A stretch of 64,000 bases of DNA from an uncultured Rhodobacterales bacterium. Lineage in GTDB: Bacteria > Pseudomonadota > Alphaproteobacteria > Rhodobacterales > Rhodobacteraceae. Under the pieces are notes generated by a model. That model did no database searches. It was not told the DNA's origin and saw nothing but the letters and a program-made list of their open reading frames with translations. Positions 29,367-39,815 of the stretch are shown here, piece after piece. The position numbers and the translations under genes are program-made. The DNA lies in assembly GCA_964465485.1 (NCBI GenBank), contig CAYXIZ010000001.1, positions 49,332 to 113,331 of the forward strand, read 5' to 3'. The number at the start of each line of letters is the position of its first letter. The first letter of the stretch is position 1.

Positions 29367-30404
29367 ATGAAGATTTTGGTGACTGGCGGCGCAGGGTTTA
29401 TTGGTTCGGCTGTTGTAAGGCAGGCGATCCGCGATGGGCATGAGGTTGTGAACCTTGATGCGCTGACCTACGCGGCCTGTCTGGATAACGTGGCCCCGGT
29501 GGCCGACGCGGCGGGCTATGTGCTCGAAAAGGCAGATATTCGCGACGCCGCTGAGGTCAGACGCATTTTTGCGGAGCATAAGCCTGATGCTGTGATGCAC
29601 CTTGCCGCTGAAAGCCATGTGGACCGGTCTATTGACGGCCCGAAAGAGTTTCTCGACACGAATATCCTTGGCACGTTCACCATGTTGCAGGAGGCGCTGG
29701 CCTATTGGGACGGGGCAGGGCGGCCATCCGGATTCCGGTTCCACCATATCTCCACGGATGAGGTTTACGGCACGCTGGGCGAGACCGGACAATTCACCGA
29801 AGAAACACCTTACGCGCCGAACAGTCCCTATTCCGCCTCGAAAGCGGCGTCCGATCATCTCGTGCGCGCCTGGGGAGAGACCTACGGCCTGCCTTTCGTG
29901 CTGACCAATTGCTCCAATAATTACGGTCCCTATCACTTCCCTGAAAAGCTGATCCCGGTGGTCATCCTGAACGCATTGGCGGGACGGGACATCCCGGTTT
30001 ACGGCAAGGGCGAGAACGTGCGTGACTGGCTCTATGTGGAAGATCATGCCGACGCTCTGCTGACCGTGTTGCAAAAGGGTGAGAATGGGCGAACCTACAA
30101 CATTGGTGGCGAGAATGAGGCGCGCAACATTGATATCGTGACGATGATTTGCAGCCTGCTTGATGAGATGCGTCCCAAAGACAAGCCGCATGCTGAGCAG
30201 ATCACCTATGTCAAAGACCGTCCGGGCCATGACCTGAGATATGCGATTGATCCTGAACGAATTCGGACGGAACTGGGCTGGCGGCCTTCCGTGACGCTGG
30301 AACAGGGTCTGAGAAAGACGGTTGAATGGTATCTTGAGAACGAGGATTGGTGGCGTGCGCTGGAGAACCGCGACGGGGTCGGCAAACGTCTTGGCGAAGG
30401 GTAG
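29367..30404 (+). CDS. rmlB: dTDP-glucose 4,6-dehydratase
   Basis: [26 protein letters not shown] and YSASK. Confidence 0.96.
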   Translation: MKILVTGGAGFIGSAVVRQAIRDGHEVVNLDALTYAACLDNVAPVADAAGYVLEKADIRDAAEVRRIFAEHKPDAVMHLAAESHVDRSIDGPKEFLDTNILGTFTMLQEALAYWDGAGRPSGFRFHHISTDEVYGTLGETGQFTEETPYAPNSPYSASKAASDHLVRAWGETYGLPFVLTNCSNNYGPYHFPEKLIPVVILNALAGRDIPVYGKGENVRDWLYVEDHADALLTVLQKGENGRTYNIGGENEARNIDIVTMICSLLDEMRPKDKPHAEQITYVKDRPGHDLRYAIDPERIRTELGWRPSVTLEQGLRKTVEWYLENEDWWRALENRDGVGKRLGEG

Positions 30405-30409
30405 GCAGC

Positions 30410-31264
30410 ATGTCTGATATTCTCGTCTTTGGCAAAACCGGACAGGTCGCGACAGAGCTTGGTCTCTTGGACGGGACCTTTTGCGTAGGCCGAGACGTTG
30501 CTGATTTGTCCGACCCTGCCGCTTGTGCCGCGCTCATTGAGGAACGAAAGCCAAAGGCGGTCATCAATGCCGCGGCTTACACGGCTGTGGACCGTGCGGA
30601 AGAAGAAGAGGCGCCTGCGACCACGGTAAACGGTGAGGCACCCGCCGCGATGGCGCAGGCCTGTGCCGCGTTGGATATCCCGTTTGTCCATATCTCGACG
30701 GATTATGTGCTTGATGGGCTAGGTGCGCTTCCGCATGAGCCGGAAGCCACCCCGGCGCCTTTGAACGCTTACGGCCGCAGCAAGCTCGTTGGCGAAACTG
30801 CGATCAAGCAAGTGGGCGGTCGCTACTGTGTGCTTCGCACGTCTTGGGTCTTTTCAGCCCATGGGGCGAATTTTCTGAAGACAATGCTGCGTTTGGGCGA
30901 AAGCCGGGACGCGTTGACGGTTGTTGGTGATCAAATTGGTGGGCCAACTCCGGCACGCCAAATTGCGCTGGCATGTATGGCTGCTGCCGCAGGGCTGAGT
31001 GGGCCGGATGGTCGCGGCAAATCGGGTATCTACCATTTCTCCGGGGCACCGGATGTCAGCTGGGCTGATTTTGCGCGAGAGATCTTCAGCCAAGCAGGTT
31101 TGGCTGTTGCCGTTACGGATATTCCAACCGCAGATTACCCCACCCCTGCCGCGCGGCCTTTGAATTCCCGGATGAATTGCGCCACCCTTGAGCAGGCGTT
31201 TGGTGTTGCTAGGCCCGCCTGGCGTCAGGATGTTGCCGAGATCCTTCAGCAACTTGGCACCTGA
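30410..31264 (+). CDS. rmlD: dTDP-4-dehydrorhamnose reductase
   Basis: GKTGQV, NAAAYTAVD, STDYV and YGRSK. Confidence 0.95.
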   Translation: MSDILVFGKTGQVATELGLLDGTFCVGRDVADLSDPAACAALIEERKPKAVINAAAYTAVDRAEEEEAPATTVNGEAPAAMAQACAALDIPFVHISTDYVLDGLGALPHEPEATPAPLNAYGRSKLVGETAIKQVGGRYCVLRTSWVFSAHGANFLKTMLRLGESRDALTVVGDQIGGPTPARQIALACMAAAAGLSGPDGRGKSGIYHFSGAPDVSWADFAREIFSQAGLAVAVTDIPTADYPTPAARPLNSRMNCATLEQAFGVARPAWRQDVAEILQQLGT

Positions 31265-31346
31265 GACGGCCCTGCCCTAAAATGGTCAATCATTGATGAT
31301 TGAAGCGACGAAACACGAGCGTGAAACCAGTAAGAGACAGAGTAAA

Positions 31347-32216
31347 ATGAGCGATCGCAAAGGTATTATATTGGCAGGTGGATCCGGGACCCGGCTCTAT
31401 CCCATCACCCAAGGTGTCTCCAAACAGTTGATGCCCATCTACGACAAACCGATGATCTATTACCCGCTGAGCGTGCTGATGCTGGCCGGGATTCGTGAGA
31501 TTGCCGTGATCACCACGCCTGAGGATCAAAGCCAGTTTCAGCGCCTGCTTGGCGACGGGTCGCAATGGGGTGTGTCGCTGACCTTCATTGTGCAACCCAG
31601 CCCGGACGGTCTGGCGCAGGCCTATCTGCTTGCGGAAGAGTTTCTGGATGGCGCGCCCAGTGCGATGGTGCTTGGCGACAACATCTTCTTTGGTCACGGG
31701 CTACCTGAGCTGCTGTCCAAGGCCGATGATGTGGTCGAAGGCGGGACCGTATTTGGCTACCGTGTCACCGATCCTGAACGCTACGGCGTGGTGGGTATGG
31801 ACGATGCCGGCAAGGTGGTTGAAATCATCGAAAAGCCCGAGGTGCCGCCAAGCAATTATGCGGTTACCGGTCTTTATTTCCTCGACGGCTCAGCGCCAGA
31901 CCGGGCGCGTGCGATCAAACCCTCGGAACGGGGGGAGCTGGAGATCACCTCTCTTTTGGAAACCTATCTCAACGACGAGCAACTGACTGTTCAACGTATG
32001 GGCCGGGGCTTTGCCTGGCTGGATACGGGTACCCATGCCAGCCTGCTGGATGCCGGGAATTTTGTGCGCACGCTGCAATCGCGCCAGGGCCTGCAAACGG
32101 GCTGCCCGGAAGAGATTGCTTTTGAAAATAAATGGATCACCAAAGAGCAGCTTTTGGAACGTGCAGAGCTGTTCAAGAAGTCTGACTATGGCGTGTATCT
32201 CAAAGGCCTTGTTTAG
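31347..32216 (+). CDS. rmlA: glucose-1-phosphate thymidylyltransferase
   Basis: GIILAGGSGTRLYP, SKQLMPIYDKPMIYYPL and WLDTGT. Confidence 0.97.
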   Translation: MSDRKGIILAGGSGTRLYPITQGVSKQLMPIYDKPMIYYPLSVLMLAGIREIAVITTPEDQSQFQRLLGDGSQWGVSLTFIVQPSPDGLAQAYLLAEEFLDGAPSAMVLGDNIFFGHGLPELLSKADDVVEGGTVFGYRVTDPERYGVVGMDDAGKVVEIIEKPEVPPSNYAVTGLYFLDGSAPDRARAIKPSERGELEITSLLETYLNDEQLTVQRMGRGFAWLDTGTHASLLDAGNFVRTLQSRQGLQTGCPEEIAFENKWITKEQLLERAELFKKSDYGVYLKGLV

Positions 32217-32219
32217 AGG

Positions 32220-33050
32220 CTAAAGCAGCGGCGTCGCCAAAATGTCGCGCGCTTGCTGCCATGTTGCGACGGGGCGCTCATATTTGGCGCAAAGCTCAGC
32301 CGCGCGGATGACCAAAGCGGCATTTGAGGGGGCGAGTGTGTGTTTGTCGAGGCGCACATTATCCTCAAGCCCGGTGCGTGTGTGCCCTCCGGCCGCGATG
32401 GCCCATTCGTTGACGATGAGTTGCCCGGCACCGATGCCCGCCGCGCACCATTGCGCCTTGGGTGCGCGCTGTTTCATGACGGAAACGTAGAAATCGAAAA
32501 CCGCCTTGTCGACTGGCATCGCGTTTTTCACGCCCATCACGAATTGAACGTAGAGTTTCCCGTAGAGCTTGCCGCCCGTATGCAGGTCGATGGCTTGCAG
32601 GATATGGCTCAGGTCAAAGGCCTCAATCTCTGGCGTCACCTGATATTTGCGCATCTGGGATGTCAGCCACTCTATGAGGTCTGGGCTATTCTCGTAGACC
32701 CGCAATGGAAAATTGCATGAACCGACGGAAAGCGATGCCATATCCGGTTTCAAAGGCAACATGCCGCCGCGTTCCTTGCCGGCCCCAGACCGCCCGCCCG
32801 TTGAGAACTGAATGATCATTCCGGGGCAGTGTTTTTTCAGGCCCTCTTTCAAAGCGGCAAATGTCTCAGGGTCCGAGCTGGGTGTTTCGTCGTCATTGCG
32901 GACATGGCAATGGGCGATGCTCGCGCCCGCCTCGAACGCAGCATGGGCGCTTTCAACCTGCTCCGACACTGTAATTGGAACCGCAGGGTTGTCGGCCTTG
33001 GTGGGGAGCGACCCGGTGATGGCCACGCAGATGATGCAAGGGGTCTTCAT
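32220..33050 (-). CDS. beta-keto acid cleavage enzyme (BKACE/DUF849, 3-keto-5-aminohexanoate cleavage family)
   Basis: AITG...NPAVP, GASIAHCHVR, STGG and RTGLEDN. Confidence 0.9.
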   Translation of the reverse strand: MKTPCIICVAITGSLPTKADNPAVPITVSEQVESAHAAFEAGASIAHCHVRNDDETPSSDPETFAALKEGLKKHCPGMIIQFSTGGRSGAGKERGGMLPLKPDMASLSVGSCNFPLRVYENSPDLIEWLTSQMRKYQVTPEIEAFDLSHILQAIDLHTGGKLYGKLYVQFVMGVKNAMPVDKAVFDFYVSVMKQRAPKAQWCAAGIGAGQLIVNEWAIAAGGHTRTGLEDNVRLDKHTLAPSNAALVIRAAELCAKYERPVATWQQARDILATPLL

Positions 33051-33059
33051 ATCGTGGGC

Positions 33060-33656
33060 TCACATGTCAAAGAAGATGGTCTCGTGCTCACCTTGAAGAT
33101 GGATATTGAAGAGGTAGCTTCCGCCACTTTGTTTTTTGGCAATCAGAGTCGGGACACGATTGCGATGCTCGATCTTGGTCAGGATCGGGTCGGCGGCATT
33201 GGACTGCGTTTCGTCGTCAAAATACAAACGCGTGTGCAGTCCGAGATTGATACCCCGCGCCACAATCCAGACGGTGATATGAGGGGCCTGAAGCCGACCG
33301 TCCATATAGGGAACCTGACCCGGCTTGACTGTATCAAACTGGAATTGGCCGGTCTCCATATCCGTGGGACAGCGCCCCCATCCGGTGAAGTTGCTCTCCG
33401 CCGAGGCAAAGCCTCCGTCTGCGTCTGCCTGCCAAATCTCGATCATTGCGTCGCGGATCGCCGTGCCGGTTCCGTCAAAGACTTGCCCGGTGATGGTGAT
33501 CTCTTCGCCTTTGACAGGCCCGGTTTTCATGCTTGTGCCAAGGTCTTCGGCGTAGACCCCAGACATTTCTGCGAAATTTGGTGTGCATCCGATATGGACG
33601 TAGGGCCCGGCTGTCTGCGAGGGCGTTTCGCGCAAGAGTTTGTGTTTCTGGCGCAT
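33060..33656 (-). CDS. pcaG: protocatechuate 3,4-dioxygenase alpha subunit
   Basis: ETPSQTAGPYVHIG, EIWQADADG and ARGINLGLHTRLYF. Confidence 0.95.
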   Translation of the reverse strand: MRQKHKLLRETPSQTAGPYVHIGCTPNFAEMSGVYAEDLGTSMKTGPVKGEEITITGQVFDGTGTAIRDAMIEIWQADADGGFASAESNFTGWGRCPTDMETGQFQFDTVKPGQVPYMDGRLQAPHITVWIVARGINLGLHTRLYFDDETQSNAADPILTKIEHRNRVPTLIAKKQSGGSYLFNIHLQGEHETIFFDM

Positions 33657-33657
33657 G

Positions 33658-34398
33658 TCACAGACCTTCCCAACGGTTTTCAAAGAAGGTTTGCCGCCGC
33701 CCGCGCAGCACGATGTCAAACGCGTAAACCCGCGCGTCCATTGGGACGGCCTCGGCCATATCCAACGAGGCTACGAGCGACTTGATTGCCTCTGTATCGT
33801 CGATGCTGCCGACAATCGGGCATTGCCAGATCATCGGGTCGCCCTCGAAATACATTTGCGTAATGAGCCGCTGCGAGAAGGCCTGTCCCATCAGTGAAAA
33901 ATGGATATGCGCGGGCCGCCAATCGGCCATACCATTTGGCCAAGGGTAGGGGCCGGGTGTGACAGTGCGAAATTCATAGGCGCCGTTCTCATCCGTAATC
34001 ATCCGACCACAGCCGCCGAAATTGGGATCCAGAGGGGCGAGATAGGCTTCGTTCTTGTGTCTGTACCGCCCACCCGCATTGGCTTGCCATACTTCGATCA
34101 GGCAGTTGGGGACCGGACGCCCGGTTTGGTCCAGCACTCTGCCTCGGACGATAATCCGCGGGCCAAGGGCCATTTCACCGGGCTGTGCGAAGTTGAGGAT
34201 CAGATCATTATCGAGCGGGCCCAGCATATCGTGGCCAAATACTGGCCCCATTTGCTCCCCCATGCTTCCCGGAAAGGAAAAAAGCGGCTTGGTTGGTGAG
34301 CGTGTAACCGAGGTTTTATAGGCGGGGGTCAGCGCGGCGGGGTGTCCGTCATGATTGCGAACAAGATAACCGTTCCGGTTTGGGTTCTTGTGGGTCAC
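33658..34398 (-). CDS. pcaH: protocatechuate 3,4-dioxygenase beta subunit
   Basis: [17 protein letters not shown] and WRPAHIHFS. Confidence 0.96.
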   Translation of the reverse strand: MTHKNPNRNGYLVRNHDGHPAALTPAYKTSVTRSPTKPLFSFPGSMGEQMGPVFGHDMLGPLDNDLILNFAQPGEMALGPRIIVRGRVLDQTGRPVPNCLIEVWQANAGGRYRHKNEAYLAPLDPNFGGCGRMITDENGAYEFRTVTPGPYPWPNGMADWRPAHIHFSLMGQAFSQRLITQMYFEGDPMIWQCPIVGSIDDTEAIKSLVASLDMAEAVPMDARVYAFDIVLRGRRQTFFENRWEGL

Positions 34399-34772
34399 GT
34401 GTCACTCATCTCTGCGAAGGTTTGCTTGGCAAGTTTCAACGCATGGTTTGCCTTGGGCACCCCGGCATAGATGGCCACATGTTGGAAGGCCTCGACGACG
34501 TCCCGCTCGGTGGCTCCGGTGTTGGCGGTGGCGCGAATGTGCATTGGGATTTCGTCAAAATTGCCGGTTGCGGCAAGCAGGGCCAGCGTCAGCATCGAGC
34601 GCTCCCTCAGGCTGATCGCATCGCTGGACCAGACCGTGCCCCAGGCCGCTTCGGTGATAAGGCTCTGGAACGGTTCGTCCAAAGATGTCTTCGCGGCTTC
34701 AGCGCGATCCACATGTGCGTCCCCCAGGACGGCGCGGCGGGTTTTCATGCCGGTGGTGTATCGGTCGCTCAT
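34395..34772 (-). CDS. pcaC: 4-carboxymuconolactone decarboxylase
   Basis: [18 protein letters not shown] and AIYAGVP. Confidence 0.92.
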   Translation of the reverse strand: MSDRYTTGMKTRRAVLGDAHVDRAEAAKTSLDEPFQSLITEAAWGTVWSSDAISLRERSMLTLALLAATGNFDEIPMHIRATANTGATERDVVEAFQHVAIYAGVPKANHALKLAKQTFAEMSDT

Positions 34773-34797
34773 CACATGCATCCTTCGCGTTGTTCCC

Positions 34798-35967
34798 TCA
34801 GTATGGCAGCCCAACGTAGTTTTGCGCCAGCACTGCTTGCGCCTGATCGCTTGATTGGAGGAAATCTATTTCCGCCTGTTGCATCCGCAGGTCAAACTCG
34901 GACTGGTCGGGGAATTGGTGCAATAAGGACGTCATCCACCAGCTAAACCGCTCCGCTTTCCAGACCCGCGCCAGCGCTTTCGCGGAGTAATTTTCGATGC
35001 CCTCGGTTTCTCCGGTGTCGTAGTACCGGATGAGCCCTTGGCTGAGGTAATGCACGTCGCTTGCCGCGGTGTTGAGGCCCTTTGCCCCTGTCGGTGGCAC
35101 GATATGCGCCGCGTCGCCACATAGGAACAGCCGACCCCAGCGCATGGGTTCGCTCACAAAGGAGCGCAGGGGTGCGATCGATTTCTCAATGGAAGGTCCG
35201 GTGACCAGCGTTTCGGCATATTCTTGTGGAATGCGTTCCCGCAAAGCGGTCCAGAAGGCGTCATCGGTCCAATTCTGCGGGCTGTCGTCAATGGCGCATT
35301 GGATATAGTACCGGCTGAGGTTCTCGTTGCGCATGGAGCAGAGGGCAAAGCCTGCCTTTGAACTTGCGTAGATAAGCTCATCATGGACGGGCGGCGTCTC
35401 AGACAGGATACCCAACCAACCGAACGGGTAGACCTTTTCATATTCGCGCCTGACGGTGTCGGGGATGGTCTTCCTGCTGACGCCATGAAACCCGTCGCAT
35501 CCGGCAATGTAGTCACAGGTGATCCGGTGCTCTTTTCCGTTTTTCGAATACACCACAGAGGGCGTATCGCTGTCTGCATCCTCGATCTGCACATCCTCGA
35601 CGTCGAAAACCATTTGCGCCTGCAACGCCTCACGCGCGTCGTAAAGATCGCGGGTCACTTCGGTCTGACCATAGACGGTGACGTTTGCGCTTGTATGCTT
35701 GGCAAAGTCGACGCGGATTTGGGTGTCGCCATAGGAGATGACGGTTCCGTCGTGCACGAACCCTTCCGCTGTCAGACGATCCCCAGCGCCCGCTTTATGA
35801 AGTTGATCGACGAGCCCTGTCTCCAACACACCAGCGCGTATCCGGCTGAGGACGTAAGTCTTGCTCTTGCGTTCAAGCGTCAGGGTCTCAATGCCGCTGC
35901 GATCCAACATCTGCCCCAGCAGCAAGCCCGATGGCCCGCCGCCGATGATGACGACCTGTGTGCGCAT
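34798..35967 (-). CDS. pobA: 4-hydroxybenzoate 3-monooxygenase
   Basis: MRTQVVIIGGGPSGL, RIRAGVLE, GCDGFHG, GDAAHIVPPTGAKGLN and C-terminal NYVGLPY. Confidence 0.97.
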   Translation of the reverse strand: MRTQVVIIGGGPSGLLLGQMLDRSGIETLTLERKSKTYVLSRIRAGVLETGLVDQLHKAGAGDRLTAEGFVHDGTVISYGDTQIRVDFAKHTSANVTVYGQTEVTRDLYDAREALQAQMVFDVEDVQIEDADSDTPSVVYSKNGKEHRITCDYIAGCDGFHGVSRKTIPDTVRREYEKVYPFGWLGILSETPPVHDELIYASSKAGFALCSMRNENLSRYYIQCAIDDSPQNWTDDAFWTALRERIPQEYAETLVTGPSIEKSIAPLRSFVSEPMRWGRLFLCGDAAHIVPPTGAKGLNTAASDVHYLSQGLIRYYDTGETEGIENYSAKALARVWKAERFSWWMTSLLHQFPDQSEFDLRMQQAEIDFLQSSDQAQAVLAQNYVGLPY

Positions 35968-36107
35968 TTTTATCCTCCCGCCACACGCTATCTGCTTTGG
36001 GGCGCGGATGTAAATTTCCAAATGCGAGGAAGGCATTCTCGGACATGCGACAGATCGTTGGTGGCAATTGCCATCGCTCACGATCTTTCCAAATGTCTTT
36101 GAAGAAT

Positions 36108-36193
36108 TGGTGCCCAGGAGAGGACTCGAACCTCCACACCGTTGCCAGTACTAGCACCTGAAGCTAGCGCGTCTACCATTCCGCCACCTGGGC
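36108..36193 (-). tRNA. tRNA-Leu (anticodon CAG)
   Basis: 86 nt, GCCCAGGTGGCGGAATGGTAGACGCG...CTAGC-TTCAGGT-GCTAG...GTTCGAGTC...GGGCACCA; long variable arm; encoded CCA. Confidence 0.96.
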
Positions 36194-36335
36194 AGGTGTC
36201 GTGAGAGCGGTGATTAAGCAGGGTTCTGGGCTCTGTCAACGGGATTCGGGGGTCGGTTGGAATTGAATTGAAACTTGTCTGGCCTGAGTGGTCCCGGTAA
36301 AGCTCAGTCAAGCCATTTCGAAGAGGTCACCTCCC

Positions 36336-37313
36336 ATGTCCAAGCTCGCAACCGTCTATGGCGGATCAGGTTTTGTAGGCCGCTACATCGTGCGCCGTCT
36401 TGCCAAGGCGGGCTGGCGTGTCCGTGTCGCGGTGCGCCGCCCGAATGAAGCGATTTTCGTTAAGCCTTACGGCACTGTCGGCCAAGTTGAACCGGTGTTT
36501 TGCAACATCCGCGACGATGCGTCTGTTCGGTCCGTCATGGAGGGTGCGGACGCCGTGGTGAACTGCGTCGGCACGTTCGACAAGCGTGGCCGGAATAATT
36601 TCGACGCCATTCAGGATGAAGGCGCGACCCGCATCGCGAAGATCGCCTCGGAGCTTGGTGTTGAGCGTATGGTGCATCTCTCGGCGATAGGCGCCGATGT
36701 TGACGGGAAGACGTTCTACGCCCGCTCGAAAGGGCGGGGCGAGGCGGGTGTGCTTGAGCATTTTCCAACGGCGACCATTCTGCGGCCCTCCGTTGTGTTT
36801 GGGCCGGAGGACGCGTTCTTCAACCGGTTTGCGGCGATGTCGCGGCTTGGTCCTGTTTTGCCAGTGATCGGTGCAGATGCGAAGTTTCAGCCGGTCTACG
36901 TGGATGACGTCGCGCAAGCGGCAATGGCCGGCATCGAAGGCGCGTCCGGTGTGTTCGAGCTGGGTGGCCCAGAGGTCCGAACCTTCCGCGAGTTGATGAC
37001 CGAAATGCTTGCCGTCATCCGCCGCCGCCGGATTGTGCTGAATGTGCCGTTCTTTGTGGCTGGGATCATGGGGTCTGCCTTCGATCTGCTAAGCTTGCTG
37101 ACGGGCGGGCTAGTGAAAGGGCCCGTGACGAAAGATCAGGTGATCAGCCTCAAGTCTGACACAGTGGTCGCGGCTGATGCCAAAGGGCTCTCTGACCTCG
37201 GTGTTGAAGCAACGGCAATGGACGGTGTGTTGGAATCCTACCTGTGGCGGTTCCGGCCTTCCGGCCAGTATGATGCGATCAAAGAATCGGCAAAGAACCT
37301 GCGCGCGGATTAG
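36336..37313 (+). CDS. complex I NDUFA9-like NAD-dependent epimerase/SDR
   Basis: TVYGGSGFVGRY, RVAVRRP, YARSK and RPSVVFGPED. Confidence 0.9.
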   Translation: MSKLATVYGGSGFVGRYIVRRLAKAGWRVRVAVRRPNEAIFVKPYGTVGQVEPVFCNIRDDASVRSVMEGADAVVNCVGTFDKRGRNNFDAIQDEGATRIAKIASELGVERMVHLSAIGADVDGKTFYARSKGRGEAGVLEHFPTATILRPSVVFGPEDAFFNRFAAMSRLGPVLPVIGADAKFQPVYVDDVAQAAMAGIEGASGVFELGGPEVRTFRELMTEMLAVIRRRRIVLNVPFFVAGIMGSAFDLLSLLTGGLVKGPVTKDQVISLKSDTVVAADAKGLSDLGVEATAMDGVLESYLWRFRPSGQYDAIKESAKNLRAD

Positions 37314-38113
37314 CTGTAGGCGTAGATGAGCAGAACAATCCCGAGCACGATTCGGTAGACGACATAGGGTGTGAAGCTGACCGATTTGAGCAGGCGCATC
37401 ATCAGGATCAGCGCCAAAAGGGCGGCGATGAAGGATAAAACCGCCGCAATTGCCGCGTCTTTGGCCAGCGCCGCGTTGGTGTCTCCGACCACTTCGACGC
37501 CCAGAACCAATCCCGACGCCAAAATGGTAGGAATAGACATCAGCATCGCAAGCTTAGCTGCGTCTTCCCGGGTGTAGCCCAACGCCCGCGCACCAGAAAT
37601 CGTTGCGCCCGATCTCGACGTTCCGGGGATCAGCGCAAGCGCCTGCCATAGCCCCATGATGAAAGCATGCTTCATCGACCATTGGGGGGCCTTGCGCTCA
37701 ACTTTGCCCTTCTGATCCGCCCAGTACAGGACAAGCCCAAAAACCAGCATGGTCCATCCGATCAGCGCGACCGAGCGCAGATATGCGTCAAAGCCGGTGA
37801 GCTTCAAAAAACCCCCGAGCAGCAAGACCGGGATGGTTGCAATGATAAGCAGCATCGCTAGCCAAGCGCCCTGCGTATCTACCTTGCCGCGGATCAGACG
37901 CGGGACACCGGATGCGGCAACGCGGACGTCTTGATGGAAATACAGCATCACGGCGAACAGGGTTCCGACGTGAACAGCAATGTCGATCATCTGTCCCTGG
38001 TCATCCATCCCGGTCAACGCGGGCAACAGAATCAGGTGGCCGGATGAGCTGACCGGCAGGAATTCCGTAATCCCCTGTATCATGGCGACGAGTATGAGAT
38101 GAAATAGCGACAT
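37310..38113 (-). CDS. uppP: undecaprenyl-diphosphate phosphatase
   Basis: QGITEFLPVSSSGHL and ALIPGTSRSGATI. Confidence 0.95.
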   Translation of the reverse strand: MSLFHLILVAMIQGITEFLPVSSSGHLILLPALTGMDDQGQMIDIAVHVGTLFAVMLYFHQDVRVAASGVPRLIRGKVDTQGAWLAMLLIIATIPVLLLGGFLKLTGFDAYLRSVALIGWTMLVFGLVLYWADQKGKVERKAPQWSMKHAFIMGLWQALALIPGTSRSGATISGARALGYTREDAAKLAMLMSIPTILASGLVLGVEVVGDTNAALAKDAAIAAVLSFIAALLALILMMRLLKSVSFTPYVVYRIVLGIVLLIYAYS

Positions 38114-38326
38114 TTCGCGTAAGGGTCCTCTTGCGATCGGGCGCACCCTAAACATTTGGAATCAAATGCAAAGAGCAGATTTATTTCCGCATCGGACTTA
38201 AAATGAGGGGCTGTGATCCAGAATTTGGGGTTAGTAGCCCACAGAATCGTCTTATAGGTCAGCATAACTGACTTTTATTCGGTAATGCACACCCGTAAGA
38301 GGAAGTCTTCGACGTGGGAGAGATCA

Positions 38327-39760
38327 ATGGCGAAAGAGCCGATGCTGAAATTTGTGTCCGTAGAGCGTGACATGCCCGAGAAGCGCCCTCCGAATCTTCG
38401 GAAAGAGGATTTTCAGGAGATCTACGCTGAATATGCCGAAGCGAAGGCTGAGGAGCAATCGAGTCGGTGTAGCCAGTGCGGTGTGCCCTATTGTCAGTCG
38501 CATTGCCCGTTGCACAACAACATCCCTGATTGGCTGCGTCTCACGGCACAGGGCCGTCTGCAAGAGGCCTATGAGGTCAGCCAGGCGACGAATACATTCC
38601 CGGAAATCTGTGGGCGCATCTGCCCGCAGGACCGGCTGTGCGAAGGCAATTGCGTGATCGAGCAATCGGGCCATGGGACAGTGACCATCGGTTCTGTTGA
38701 GAAATACATCACCGATACTGCTTGGGAAAATGGGTGGGTGAAGCCTGCCTCCCCGGCTTTTGAACGCTCCGAGAGCGTTGGCATCATTGGCGCGGGCCCC
38801 GGCGGTTTGGCGGCTGCGGATCGGCTGCGCCGTGCTGGGGTGCAGGTCACCGTCTATGACCGCTACGATCGTGCCGGCGGTTTGCTGACCTATGGCATTC
38901 CCGGCTTCAAACTGGAAAAAGACGTTGTGATGAAGCGCATTGACCAGCTTGAGCAAGGCGGGGTTGCGATGCAGTTGAATTGCAATGTGGGGGAAGACAT
39001 CTCCTTTGCGGAGCTGCGCGAAAAGCATGACGCTATCCTGATCGCCACCGGGGTGTATAAGTCACGTGACCTGCCAGCGCCGGGAGGGGATGCCAAAGGG
39101 ATCGTTCGCGCCATTGATTTCCTTACGGCCTCCAACCGCAAGAGCTTTGGCGACGCTGTGCCTGAGTTCGATTCAGGCGAGCTGAATGCCGAGGGAAAGC
39201 GCGTTGTCGTTATTGGCGGTGGTGACACTGCGATGGACTGTGTCCGGACCGCAATCCGCCAGGGTGCTGAGTCCGTGAAATGCCTTTATCGCCGCGATAA
39301 GGTCAACATGCCGGGCTCGCAGCGGGAAGTTCAGAACGCGGAAGAAGAGGGCGTGGAGTTCGTCTGGCTCACGGCACCTGCTGGGTTCGAGGGGGATGCC
39401 GTGTCCGGCGTCAAGGTCAGCAAGATGCGTCTTGGCCAGCCCGATGCCACGGGTCGCCAAAGCCCTGAGATTATCGAAGGCGCTGATTATGTCGAAGGCT
39501 CCGATCTGGTGATCAAGGCGCTCGGGTTCGAGCCCGAGGATCTTGTCGCCTTGTGGGACGTCCCCGAACTGGCAGTGACCCGTTGGGGTACCGTCAAAGC
39601 GGACTTCCATACGCATGAGACCAATCTGCCCGGCGTTTATGCCTGCGGTGACATTCAGCGTGGTGCCAGCCTTGTTGTCTGGGCGATCCGTGATGGGCGC
39701 GAAGCGGCAGATGCCATTATTGAACAGATCAAAGCTGCGGCCTTGGTTGCCGCCGAGTAG
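38327..39760 (+). CDS. gltD: glutamate synthase small subunit
   Basis: RCSQCGVPYCQSHCP, GRICPQDRLCEG, GAGPGG and GGGDTAMDC. Confidence 0.96.
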   Translation: MAKEPMLKFVSVERDMPEKRPPNLRKEDFQEIYAEYAEAKAEEQSSRCSQCGVPYCQSHCPLHNNIPDWLRLTAQGRLQEAYEVSQATNTFPEICGRICPQDRLCEGNCVIEQSGHGTVTIGSVEKYITDTAWENGWVKPASPAFERSESVGIIGAGPGGLAAADRLRRAGVQVTVYDRYDRAGGLLTYGIPGFKLEKDVVMKRIDQLEQGGVAMQLNCNVGEDISFAELREKHDAILIATGVYKSRDLPAPGGDAKGIVRAIDFLTASNRKSFGDAVPEFDSGELNAEGKRVVVIGGGDTAMDCVRTAIRQGAESVKCLYRRDKVNMPGSQREVQNAEEEGVEFVWLTAPAGFEGDAVSGVKVSKMRLGQPDATGRQSPEIIEGADYVEGSDLVIKALGFEPEDLVALWDVPELAVTRWGTVKADFHTHETNLPGVYACGDIQRGASLVVWAIRDGREAADAIIEQIKAAALVAAE

Positions 39761-39815
39761 TCGGCGCGTTCCTGGCCGTTATAGGCCTGACAGACACCCA
39801 AAAAGGAGATGAGAC

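Noticed and set aside
36108-36193. tRNA-Leu as the attachment site of an integrated island covering the accessory genes to its left
   Set aside because: I saw no integrase, transposase or duplicated tRNA 3' end in the window; an att site outside the window cannot be excluded.
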